A stretch of DNA of 64,000 bases, from NCBI RefSeq assembly GCF_018350175.1, contig NC_058382.1:61320001-61384000 (forward strand), given 5' to 3'. The notes beneath the pieces are model-generated. The model saw only the letters and a list, made by a program, of their open reading frames with translations, searched no databases and was not told the DNA's origin. Below, piece by piece: positions 25,615 through 37,262 of the stretch. Position 1 is the first letter of the stretch. Every line of letters starts with the position of its first letter. Source of the DNA: Felis catus. Lineage: Eukaryota. The position numbers and the translations under genes are program-made.

Positions 25615-25806
25615 AGACGCCTGCCTGGCTCAGTCGGTCGGGCTTCCGACTCTGGCTGGAGCCCTGATTCATGGTCTCGCAGTTCATGAGTTTGAGCCCC
25701 GCTTCAGATCCTCTGCCCCCCTCTTTCTCTGCCCCTCCCCACTCGTTCTCACTCACTCTCTCTATCTCTCAAAAACAAAACAGACGTAAAAATAAAATAA
25801 ATAAAA
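25615..25806 (+). mobile_element. Diverged CAN-SINE
   Basis: gcctggctcagtcggtc...gagtttgagccccg...(CT)n...A-rich tail. Confidence 0.8.
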
Positions 25807-26499
25807 GTTACAAAGAGATGGGTGCCATGTGCAGCAACCAGGCCAAGTGGAGGTGACTGGAATGAAAAGCAAACACTGACGAGGCTTCGTGGTACCACGC
25901 CAGCGTCCTCCAGGCCACAGTGGGAGGCCGAGACGCACGTCCCCTGTTCTGGCGCATTCGGGTTGAGAACAGAACTTGCGACATCAGAGAATGGAAAGCA
26001 TCCATCAGCGCTCAGATTTCAACACATTTCCGGGATTGAAAACAGGCTGGAAGAGGCCATCTATGAAGCAGAGAAGGGAGACCCGTCGGGAATATTTGTG
26101 GAGGGGGCTGCAGGGGCGGGAAGGGGACAGCCCACCCAGGAGAAGCCAGAAGGGAACTCGGCTCTGACGCTGCAGGGGTGGACGTGATAAGGGAGCTGTT
26201 CACATGGATGCACGGATCCTACAGCCAGGTGGAAAACACCAGAACACCAGGAGGGCCTCCCTTAACATTTTTGTCTGTCTGGAAATCGGAGCTGCATTAC
26301 AAGTGCCCGAGTCGAGTTCTGGCGTTAAGGGGTCCCCTGTGTGATGTGACCCTCCCTCGTGCTCATTTCATGCCAAATCTGAAGCCAGGAGGCTGTCTGG
26401 GTGCACACAGCACACCCAGCTTTGCTGTCACTGCCTTCTTCAATGTGAAGTGACGAAGATGGCCAGTGGTTAAGGGAAGTGTGCAAACGCAACACGAGG

Positions 26500-27270
26500 T
26501 CCAGATAAAGTACGGGAAAGAACGAGTTCAGAAGAAACAAGCGATCGTCTGGTAAACAGATGAAAACAGAACCCCCGATATCAGACCTTATTTCCGTAAC
26601 AAAAACAGAGTGCCAAGGGGAAAACATCAACCACAGACCACTCTTGGGAGATTAAATCTATGATCCCTGAAAGAAAACATTGCAAGTGCTGAAAGTCAAA
26701 ATTGAGGAAATCTCTTAGCACACAGAGTAAAAGCACAAGAAAACCTAAAACGAGACACAAAGGATGAACACAGGAGATCCGGCATCTGGTGGAGAGCAGG
26801 GCCAGGAGAGAGGAGAGAGAGTAAGTGGGAGAGGAGAAATGGTGCCCTGTGATAAAGGCAGAAAGAGACTTCCAATCAGTAAACCTGAGGGTTGAGCTAG
26901 TTGAATGAAAAATAGAGCCTCAAATTAAGGCACACCATGAAAAAATTGCAGAACCCCAGGACGAAGACGTGACTCACGAAGATTGTGGAGAAAAAGCAAC
27001 ATGTCCTCTCCCCAGAAAGACCCGGGGCTCAGACCAACACTGGATGCCCCATCAACAACACAGTGCGGACACCCTCAAGCTCCAAGGGAAAATGGTTTAC
27101 AGCTCAGTGGTACATGTCCAGCAAAACTGCTGACCATGTGCAAACCCCCGGGGACTCTAATCTGGACTTCCCCCACACCCACTACTAAGGAATGATTTGA
27201 GGACCAGCTCTAATAAAGTAAGAACATAAACCCAAAAGGAGGCAGACTCGTAGTGTAGAAATTAAGTGGA
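26500..27270 (+). mobile_element. Ancient HAL1 / L1 ORF1-like fragment
   Basis: A-rich sense strand with motifs gaggaaatctct, aaggcacaccatga...aaattgcagaaccccagg, caacactggatgcc, agggaaaatggttt, ccagcaaaactg typical of ORF1-type HAL1/L1M. No open frame. Confidence 0.55.
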
Positions 27271-28314
27271 AACCATCAATCCAAAGCTAGGGGCTGTAGG
27301 TATGAGGCACAGAGCTTAGAAGATAGAGAATATGATTAACAGCGTCCAGTGGAATGAAAAAAAATAAAAAACAAAAGCAACCAGAAACTCCAGGTGAACA
27401 ATAAAACCATATGGAACAAGCAAGCTGAATTGGGAGCTGAGAACGCCTTGATCCGCCGGGTACGCTGGGAGCTCTACATGTTAGCGCTTCCAACAGGACT
27501 GGAATGACTTCTGTTTCACAGAGATACTGAGGCTGAGGGCTCTGAGCAGCTCGCATAAGGCTTGCTGCCTTGTCCCCCACAGCGTGTGAGTCAAAGGAAT
27601 GATGCACACCCGAACCCGGGCCCCCAGAAGGTTTGCCCTCAGGCTCAGTGCCACTCGTGCTCAGTGTGACGCTGTGAACTCTAGGACAAGGCTGCATGGG
27701 TCCTCCCACCTGGTGCATCCCCATGGCCTTGAGTCCTCTCTTCTGGGCAGCACCTAAGTGTGGTCACACCCACAGCTCAGCTCCTGGAAAGCTGTCCTCT
27801 GTCCTGAGCCAATAGAATGTGAATGTTCCCTGAGACTAGAGGCAGGTGGGACTGTGTTGGAGCTGGGGGCAAACGGAAAAGTCAGAATATGGGCCCTGAC
27901 TGCACTTAAAAGTTTATATTTTGTCCAGCATGGATTTTTTTTTGCACAAATTTTTATTTTTAGAAATATTGCGTGAAAATACTATTGACCTCGATGGCTC
28001 AAGTTTTTGTGCCCCCCCCCCACTTTGAAATTTGCATGTGAAGCTAATGCCTGGCTCTCCTCACACTCCACCAGCCCTGTGCTACCTGGGTACCTGGGAG
28101 AACCAGGGACCAGCGGGAGAGAACCAAACTTGTGAGGGGAAAGAGGAAGTCAAGGTGTGACGTGCAAAGCTGGGAAAAGAGGAACAGCCACGTAGCCCAC
28201 CTTTCAGGGGTGATGGGGTACACCTCCCACCGCGGGGTGGGATGAGGGTGTGTTAAGACCTTTTCTGTTGGGCTTTTAAACTAATAAAGTATTACAAAGG
28301 GTTGACCAGAGAAT

Positions 28315-28315
<1 letters not shown>

Positions 28316-28360
<45 letters not shown>
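28316..28360. repeat. (TAA)15 microsatellite
   Basis: Perfect trinucleotide run. Confidence 0.95.
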
Positions 28361-28364
<4 letters not shown>

Positions 28365-30694
28365 TAACGTAAACGAATCCTGAACTTGAAGATGGAGAGA
28401 AGGTCAAAATCCAGGGTCAGGCAGTTTTCGAAGGACAGACACATGGAGCTGTGTGGCAACGGATGAAGGGTTAGAGAAGAACTCACAGCCACGAGACTGT
28501 GTGTACAAAGGAATCTGACCTGCCGTGGCTGCCGTGGCTGCCGTGCTGGAAAGTGGCCGTGAGAAGCCCCTGCGTGAATTCACCGGGATGCAAGTGTTCC
28601 TGGGGCATGGCCCAAGAAAGTACTGTAGACGAGCCAGAGATAAGTTAGAATAAATATCTCAAGACAGGAGCAAATACAGTGCACAGGAAACTGGATCCAG
28701 GGCAAGGTGTAGTTACATAGTTACATTTAAATCAAGGGCTCAGCCCACCGCTGGCTGTGACCTCCTGGGAAGGACTTCTCTGTTGAAGGAGAAATACTGA
28801 TTTAAATACAACTGTTACACATATCACCGCTAGCAAAGTAGTGAGACTCCCGGAGACAGGGAATTGAAATACCCTGAAAATTTTGGCTAAAGCAAGAAAC
28901 AGGGGAGGAGCTTCGAGATGGGACAAGAAACAGTGGGCCCAGCACCACCACCATCATTATTCTGGCTTGAATGATCACGTGTAAAGACAGCGTGTTCAGA
29001 CGAGGCTGAGAAATCAAATACAGTTACACGTTCTGAGGACCCAACTCCGAAACAAAACTGATAAGAAAAAAAAAAAAAAGTTAAACATAAACAGAAAAAT
29101 CGGGGGCAGGCAAAAAAATAAGAGCAGGGAACGGGTTCCGGGAGAGATCCCGGGAAAAGGGACCCCGTGGAGAGGGCGGCCCGCCGGGGTGAGACCAGAG
29201 CCCCGCCCACGGAAGCGTCCAGGCCCCGAGGAGACAGGTCGGGAGGTTGGAGGTGAGTGGACCAAGTGGCTGTGCAGAAGACGGCCAAGGGCAAGCAGGT
29301 GTGTGCCGGCCACCTCCGCGGAGACTCCTGGTTCCAGCTGGCCCCGGGGCTTCGTCACCCTCCCCAGCGCCCGCGGTCTGCTTAGAGCCTGTGGCCGGAG
29401 TGGGGGGTGGGTGAGGGTCACCCTGGTGGGATGGGGATCCTGACGGAGAAAGTCTCGCATGGGGTCTGGGGCCAGGGGCACAGAGGATGTCCCCGTGTCC
29501 CTGCTCCTCCTCTCAAGGGGTGCGGAGGAGCTGGAGCAGACCAGGGCTGCTACCCTCAGCACCGTGCACCCCACAGCCTTTCGTGCTGCCCTTTCAACAG
29601 AATACACAGGCTAGGCCCAGGCACGGACACCCAGCTAATGGGCAGAGCCGGGGCTGGGACGTGACCTCCCTCCTCAGGCTGGTGGAAGGATCCATCCTTG
29701 GGGCGGGGGGGGGGACAGGGGGGGCTCCGCAGGGCAGGTCTGCATGAGGCTCCAGCACCGTCCAGGTGCAGAGGCATCAGGGAGCCTGCTGAGGGGATGG
29801 GGTCCAAGGACCCCCACCCCCAGGCTTGCCCTCCTGAGCCTCCCTGCCTCACCCACACCTCTCAGCAGCCTTCCTGGCCTGGCTCTCTCCCAGCCCGGGT
29901 GCCCACTGGAACCCTGGACGCTGGCCCAGCCCTGGGACCAGGATCCATGGGTTCCAGCAAAGACATCAGGAGCCTTGAGTGCCCAGAAAGCCTGGAGAGC
30001 CACCTCCGTGCTAAGGAAACGCTGACCCTCCAGATTTCTGACCCGCCGAGTCCGGCCTGCTCGGCCAGAAGCCTGCAGCCAGAGTGTGGGTGGCTGGACG
30101 GCCAGACGGTGGCAGGGCCAGCAGCCAGGGCCCGACCCCCAGCAGTGGGTGGTATGATGGGAGCATCCTGGGGGGCTGCATTCCGTCTTCCACGATGATG
30201 TAAGACTGTTTTTACAGGCAAACATCACAAGAGGCAAATCTGAATGACGTTTCAGTTCTTGTTTGCAGATCTTAGACTGGCCGCCAGGTCCTGAGTTTGC
30301 AGAGGGAATAAGACAGTACCACTAATGCAGGCTGAGACCTTACCCAGGGTCGCCCCTCCCAGGCCTGCCCTTTCACCCTGGCTCTGCTCCCCTGGGGTCA
30401 GCAGCCTCCTACTATGCCTGTGCCTGGCCCAGACAGCAACGCCCGGCCCACAGGGTCCAGGACCTCCCATCCTCCACCCCCCTCCCGAGGGAGTGCTGGT
30501 TACTGATTGAACACTGGAATGAATCTTAAATGGGACATCTCCCGGCAATAATCACCAGGACCAAAGGCCTCTGTTCTCTCTTCTGGCTCACAGACCAGCT
30601 CCTTCTCGCCTTGGCTGGACCCCACACACAAGCCGGCCAGGCGAGGCCAGACGTGCCAGAGCAGTGCTCGAAGCAGGCCCCTGGTCGCTGTGTC

Positions 30695-30798
30695 ATGGGG
30701 ACCAGCTGGTGGCTCTGGGCCCTGGTGGCCGTCTGCACTGGAGACCAGTTCCGGGATGAGGCTGAGAGAATCATGCGGGGCACACCTGTCATTGACGG
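30695..30798 (+). CDS. DPEP1: DPEP1 coding exon 1
   Basis: [35 protein letters not shown]; donor gg|gtaagt; probable acceptor cag| at 30593. Confidence 0.96.
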
Positions 30799-33700
30799 GT
30801 AAGTGGCCACTGGGGACGGGACGGGGGGTCCGGGGCCGGAGGGGCTAGGAGCTCATGTGACCCTGACACTGACATTGCCTTATCTCTGCTGGGGCTCAGT
30901 TTCTTCAACCACAACATGGCTTTTGCCTTTGCTGGCCTCAGCTTATTTGTGGGGTCTCTTAGGGCCCCCAAAGCTTCAGCACATGATGGTCTGTAGGGAA
31001 TGGAGCAGTTAAAAGGCCCCTGTGGCCCTCAGCAGCTCCTGGGGTGCCCTACAAGCTGACTCCCTGCACCCTGGGTGCCAGCTCCCAGCTCAGAGTGGGT
31101 GCTGGGGATAGAGGAGGTTGGGGCCTGGCCCAGGGCACGCCTCAAACTAGCCATGTAGCCCAAGGAGCCATATTCCCTCCCTGGGCCTTAGTTTCCCCTG
31201 GGAGGCCCCTCCTTAACCCTCCTCCAAGACCTTCCTCATTCCTCTCCCTCTCCTGCATCCGCCTTGGGGAGACCTCCTCAAGCACAGGGTCCCCGGGTCA
31301 CCTCTGTGCTGTGTGCCCAGCTTGACCTTACTTGCATGTCCGCTGACCCACCCACCCCCACAGAGGGAGACCCCTTTCTAGCCAAGACCCTGGTGACACC
31401 TTGTGGTTTTGTCTCTGATGCACAGCCAAGCTGGCAGGGCCTGTCTCCTCCAATGCCCGGTGCGTCCTCCCTCCTCCCTTGCCCCCATCTCCACCTCTGC
31501 TGGGTCATCCGGTGAGCCTCTGGCTGTCCTTCCTTCTACCAGCGGAGGTCTGGTCTCAGGGCTGCAGCCAGAGGGAGTCTGGGAGACAGAAGTACCAGCT
31601 CCTGTCCCCTGGCTCAAACTCCCCACCTGTCACGGCTCCCACTGAGCTCAGAGTATTGTCTAAGTCCTGCAACGGACCCCAAGACCCTTCACTGCCTTCC
31701 CCAGCCATCCCCACACTCCCGGGTGCCCCAGGCAGGCTCGTGCTGTCCCTGCCGGTCCCCATGTCCACGCTGCCTCCCTCAGCTCCTCCCGGGCTTTGCT
31801 CTGGGCTACCTCTCCTGGCCCCCGTGTGAAACGCCACCTGGGCACACACACCCCTGCCCCTCCCGCTTCCTTTCCTGTCCCATTTCCAACATACCAGCAG
31901 GGAGCGAGGACCCCGTTCCCTGGGCACTCAGTCTGAAGGGCCGTGTGGCACACACACACACACCCTTGGGCGCTGGAAGTGTTAGGGGAGCACCTGTTTG
32001 TGCCTGTCTGGCACCCAGTAAGTGCGTGATAAATGTTGCGGTCGTGACTATTTGGCAGACGCCTCTGGGCTTTGTTGGACAAAATAGTCTGCAAGAAAAG
32101 CAGAGAAAATGGGGTGTGTCCTTATACAGGAAGCCCAGGGAGCTGTGGCAGCCCTAGAGAAGGGAGGGGCCGCCAGCCCTTCCCCATCTGCCCCTGCTTC
32201 CTCCCCCGTACCTCCTTCCTGGCCCTGGGGTCCCCTCGTATACACTCAAGGGGAGTGAGGCAAAGAGAGGTCTGCTGAGAGGCTGCTGCCCTGGGCTCCC
32301 ACCCCAGATGGAGCCCCTGCTGTCTGGTAGAAGATGCCAACAGTATGAGCCCGGGAAGGTGCTCCTTCATTCTGAGAACCCACCGGGGTGGGGTGGGGGG
32401 CAGCTGGGCACAGAGAGCGGGGTGCAAGGTCAGGTGCTGGGGGTTGGGAGGACCGCAGGAGGGGTAAGTGGCTCCAAGAGCCTAGACAGCCCGGAATTCT
32501 CAGGGAGCTGGAATTTGGGAATCGGGATTGTCCCAAGAGCCAGACAGTGAAGAGCAGGTGACAGGACCCAAACCGACACTGTGATATTAGCTCCTCTTGC
32601 AGGTAAGAGACTCAGGTAAGTGGTTTCAACAAGAGAAAGAGCCCCAGGGAGTCCTGGCTGTTCCACAGTGTGACACAGCGGCCATCATTCCCACCTCAGG
32701 CTTCAAAGTGGCCGCTGCAGCCCCGGCCTTTACGTCTGCATGCCAGCCAGCATGAAGGAGGAAGGGACATAGAAAGGGCAAAGGGTGAGCGAGTCAAGGA
32801 GAGGTTTTGGGAGCTGTCAAAGGGCAGAACTTAGTCACATGGCCACACCCAGCAGTAAAGGGACACGAAGTCGCTTTATTTCAAATGGCCAGGTTTCCTG
32901 CTAAAAACAGGCGGTTCTGTTACCAAGAAAAAGACGGAGAGTGGGTAGTGGGCCTCCAGCAGTCGCTCCTACAATAGCTGGCTGTCATTCAAGTGCTTGG
33001 AATGGTCACCTCCCCCCTTGGAGTAGGAGCAGGGTCCTCTGACCACTGGGGGTGCTGCCCAGGCCACACAGATAAGGAGGGTGGATCCAGGCTCCAGAAG
33101 GGCATTGTTGGCCGCAGGGCAAATGTGACCTCTGTTCCCCACTCCGGGCTGGGCTCCGGCGAAGGCAGGAGGGGAGGAGGCTGGAGCAAAGTGCCCCTCC
33201 CTCCTGGTGGGTTCCTGGCTGCCGGCTGGAGGGTGGGGCGTCCTTAGGCCAGGAGGAACGTCCCCTCCAGGGACCCTGCCCAGTGCTGCCCAGAGGCACG
33301 GACACTCTGGGCTCACCTACACGTGCCCCCGCTTGGTCAGCAAAGGCGTTCTGACCACCAGCCCACACCCGACCACGTCAAAACACAGCTGTGGCGGTGG
33401 CCCTCGAGAGAGCTGGGGGGCTTCCAGAGTCTGGAGCCAGCTTGCTTTGGAAAGGCTCACCCCAGGACGGCTGGCCGAGGAGGTCCAGGCACTCATAGTT
33501 TAGTCTCTGAGCCAAGTACCAAAGCGTCCCCATGTTACAGGTGGAAAAACTGAGGCCAGAGAGGCAGGAGCCAGGATTGGGGATGGGAACTGGATGGGGG
33601 TTGAGGACAGAGCTGGAGGAGGGGTCTCGAAAGCAGAAGCGGCCCCTCAAACAGAGCAGTGGCCCCTGGGATGGGGCTGGGAGCGGGAGTGGGGCGGGAG

Positions 33701-36700
33701 GGGAGGGTGGGTGAGGCACCAGGCCCCTCGCCGTCGCCGGTGCATCAGGGATCCTGCAGGGGCTCTCCACGGGTGTCCCGTATTCCAGGCTTGGCTGATC
33801 CAAGTGCAGATTCCACCTCGCAGGTCTGAGACTTTGCATTTCCCCGGCCCCTGCTTCTTCCATGTGTGAACTTGGGGGGTGCTGGCAGCCCAGAGGTCTC
33901 TCCCCGTCGAGGCTGCTCCTGGCTCCTGGGTCCAGGGCTGAATCTGCCCAGCCCTGTGGGTTCTTGCCTTTGCAGCCTAGACTGGCCCCTGCCATTCGCC
34001 TCCTCCTTCCCTCCCCTCCTTCTCTCCCTCCATAGGAGCATAGAAGGATGGGCAGAGCTGTCACAGAGGCCCCGGTGCCCCAAGAGGATGGGGTGTGTGT
34101 TGGGGGGGGGGTGCCAGACAGGCCACACCCCCATTTCCCTGCCCCCTCCCTGCAAGGGGAGGATTTCAAGAGTCCCCCGCCCAGCTGCCCGTGTCAACCA
34201 GCACTATTCATGGAGGTGGTTTGAACCATGCCCGTTCCCCAGGACGATTCTGGAGACAAACATCTGCCCTTGCCTCTTGGGCAGTGGAAGGCCCTTGGAG
34301 GGAACACCTCCCAGAGGCTCTCTCCGTTCAGTCACCCGGCCTGGGTGTGGGGCACAGTCGAGCAACTCACCTGCGCGTAGGCGTGCTCAGATCACGAGCA
34401 ATCCGCCAGCCCTGTGGCCGGCTCTAATTCCCAGCCTGTGAGGGAGTTCGGAGGGCCCCGGCCTGAGTGGCCACCCTGACTCGGCCCTGGCCCTTTCTCC
34501 CGCCCCCACCCCCACCCCCACCCCCAGGCACAATGACCTGCCCTGGAGGCTGCTGACCATGTTCAACAACCAGCTTCAGACCGAGAGGGCCAACCTGACG
34601 AGCCTTGCCAACACACACACCAACATCCCCAAGCTGAGGGCTGGTTTTGTTGGGGGCCAGGTATGGCTCAGCCCGGCCCCACGCTCGCTCACGCTGGCGT
34701 CCACCCATCTCCCTCCCCACCGCGTCCTGGCCAGGGTGCAGGCGTGCCCGGGGCGGTGTCCCTCCTGAGCCCTTGGGGCCACAAGTCTTTGGAAGGGGAC
34801 GCTGGTGGCCACCAAGGCCATCCCAGGGCTCCCGGGGCAGGAGGGAAGCGTGTGTGGCGTGGGGCCGGGGGCCAGCGGTCCTAGCCGCCCTCCCCCACGG
34901 CCCCTAGTTCTGGTCTGCGTACACGCCCTGCGACACCCAGAACAAGGATGCCGTGAAGAGGACCCTAGAGCAGATCGACGTCATCCAGCGCATGTGCCAG
35001 ATGTATCCGGAGACCTTTGTGTGTGTCACCAACAGCGCAGGTGGGTCCCGGTCCGGCCCGCCTTCCTGAGCCCCTGCCGCTGCCCACCCCAGCCCCGGGC
35101 AGGGTGGCTAGGGGCGCCCGGGTGTGCCTTACGTCGAAACTCCCCGGACGCCCAGGTGCCCGACGCCCTCAGCCAGCTCTCCTCACAGGCATCCGGCAGG
35201 CCTTCCGGGAGGGGAGGGTGGCCAGCCTTGTCGGCGTGGAGGGCGGCCACTCCATAGACAGCAGCCTGGGCGTCCTGCGGACACTCTACCGCCTGGGCAT
35301 GCGGTACCTGACCCTCACCCACAGCTGCAATACGCCGTGGTAGGTGACCCCGGGGAGGCCGCCAGGCCGCGTGGGAGGGGGCGGGCCGCGGGGCAGGGCC
35401 GATCCCTAGCCCTGCTCTCCTCCGGCTCCTTCCTCCCCGTCCGAGCGCCCTGGGTCCGGGTGGGCCACGACTACCACTCCATCCCTGGCACACCTGCTCT
35501 CTGCTCTCCCAGGGCTGACAACTGGCTGGTGGACACGGGAGAGGACAAGGCTGAGAGCCAAGGCCTGTCACGCTTTGGCCAGGTAAGGCGGTGGGGGGGG
35601 GGGGGGGGCGTCAGGCAAGGACCACAGTCACCCTCAGAGAAGTGACCCAGGACGCAGTTTCTCGCCTCTCAGGACCTGTTTCTTCACCTATAACCTGGAG
35701 CCCCAGGGCCATCCCAGGGTGGGTACCCGCTGGAGCGGCTGGGCATCTTCCAGCCATTGAAGAGTCCACGAACCCCTGGCCAGCGAGGGGACCTTTCCCA
35801 AATGTCCCGCCCGCCATGCCGGGACTCGTGGGGTGTGTGTGGGGGGGCTGCGGTGAACCCCGGGTGTGCAGACACTGTGGCCAGTGCAGCCTTCCCGACC
35901 CCTGAGCCCTGTGTCGGCGCAGAGTGTGGTGAAGGAGATGAACCGCCTGGGGGTCATCATCGACCTGGCGCACGTGTCCGTGGCCACCATGAAGGCTGCC
36001 CTACGCCTGTCCACGGCTCCCGTCATCTTCAGCCACTCCTCGGCCTACAGCCTGTGCCAGCACCGGCGCAACGTGCCCGACGATGTGCTCCGGCTGGTGG
36101 TGAGGGGCTGCGGGCCGGCCCTCCCTCCCTGCCCCTCCCCGCGGTGGTCCCGGAGTGCCCCGCCTCCTCCCGTGCCCACAGCTCCACTGTTCTCCTGGGC
36201 AGAACCAGACGGGCAGCCTGGTGATGGTTAATTTCTACAACGACTACGTTTCCTGCAGACAGGAAGCCACCCTGTCCCAAGTAGCAGGTTGGTGCGTGTG
36301 AGTGGCCACGGCAGCTGGGCGGGGGAGGGCCACTCCCGGGACCCACACCCGCCGCCTTCCTCGGTAGACCACCTGGACCACATCAAGAAGGTGGCAGGAG
36401 CAGGAGCCGTGGGCTTTGGTGGGGACTTTGATGGTGTTTCAAGGTAAGGGGCAAGGCCTACATCCTGTGGCTGACCTGGGAAGGTCACACCACGTCCCCC
36501 ACCCCACCCCACCCCCGCCCAAACATGTCATGAGGGTCTGAAGCTCGGACAGGCCCAGCACGTCTGGGTCTGAAGGCCACTGCACTGGACCCCCCGATGC
36601 CTTGGGGTGGGGGCCACAGGGGGTCGTGGGGAGGTGGACAGGTCCGAGGCCCTGACCCCTGGGACGCAGGGCCTGGTTCTCTCTGCCCTCACCTCAGGCT

Positions 36701-37079
36701 CCCCGTGGGGCTCGAGGATGTGTCCAAGTACCCAGACCTGGTGGCCGAGCTACTCAGGAGGCGGTGGACAGAGGCGGAGGTCAGGGGCGCCCTGGCCAAC
36801 AACCTGCTCAGGGTCTTTGAGGCAGTGGAACAGGTAAGGAGAGGCCGGTGCACCCGCCCGCCCTTCTCTGCCGGAAGGCGGGCAGGCTGCCCAAGCAGTG
36901 TGTGTCCCCAGGTGAGCGATCACACACAAAGTCCTGAAGAGGAGCCCATCCCGGCGGACCAGCTGCAGGCTTCCTGCAGGACAATGTACGGCTACTCAGA
37001 GGCCGCCAGCCTCCACCGGCAGCCAGGGGCCCTGCTGGCCTCCCTCACCACCGTCCTCCTCGGCCTGGGCCTTCTGTGA
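30695..37079 (+). CDS. DPEP1: Dipeptidase 1 (renal membrane dipeptidase, M19 family, GPI-anchored), spliced CDS 1233 nt, 410 aa
   Basis: Exons 30695-30798, 34528-34660, 34908-35040, 35189-35339, 35513-35582, 35923-36099, 36203-36287, 36368-36443, 36698-36833, 36912-37079, all GT-AG and in phase. Signal peptide, DGHND, GVEGGH, LTHSC, DLAH, FSHS, GGDFDG and a hydrophobic GPI signal. Confidence 0.98.
34528..34660 (+). CDS. DPEP1: DPEP1 coding exon 2
   Basis: [44 protein letters not shown]. Confidence 0.97.
34908..35040 (+). CDS. DPEP1: DPEP1 coding exon 3
   Basis: [44 protein letters not shown]. Confidence 0.97.
35189..35339 (+). CDS. DPEP1: DPEP1 coding exon 4
   Basis: [51 protein letters not shown]. 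Confidence 0.97.
35513..35582 (+). CDS. DPEP1: DPEP1 coding exon 5
   Basis: [23 protein letters not shown]. Confidence 0.97.
35923..36099 (+). CDS. DPEP1: DPEP1 coding exon 6
   Basis: [59 protein letters not shown]. Confidence 0.97.
36203..36287 (+). CDS. DPEP1: DPEP1 coding exon 7
   Basis: [28 protein letters not shown]. Confidence 0.96.
36368..36443 (+). CDS. DPEP1: DPEP1 coding exon 8
   Basis: [26 protein letters not shown]. Confidence 0.97.
36698..36833 (+). CDS. DPEP1: DPEP1 coding exon 9
   Basis: [45 protein letters not shown]. Confidence 0.97.
36912..37079 (+). CDS. DPEP1: DPEP1 last coding exon
   Basis: [55 protein letters not shown]: dimer Cys, YGYS omega-site region, hydrophobic tail. 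Confidence 0.96.
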   Translation: MSDHTQSPEEEPIPADQLQASCRTMYGYSEAASLHRQPGALLASLTTVLLGLGLL

Positions 37080-37256
37080 CGCCCTGGGGCCCGGACCTCT
37101 AGGGTCCCCCTCCGGCCCCGGGGAGATGGTGGCATCGGGGCAGGGAGAGTCTGGCTCCCCAGGCACGAGGCCCGGCCTCTCCTGAGCAGGCACCGGGGCT
37201 CAGCTGAGGGCAGGAAGCTGTGGACAGTTCCAGACACAGACACACAGTGGACCCTT

Positions 37257-37262
37257 AATAAA
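37257..37262 (+). terminator. DPEP1: DPEP1 polyadenylation signal
   Basis: AATAAA 178 nt after the stop, with a downstream gtgtgtt element. Confidence 0.85.

Noticed and set aside
28292..28492. Poly-Leu 'transmembrane' ORF
   Set aside because: Translation of the (TAA)n microsatellite.
30530..30694. In-frame upstream ATG extending DPEP1 by 55 aa
   Set aside because: It lies upstream of the likely acceptor at 30593 and would bury the signal peptide; ATG 30695 matches the expected start.
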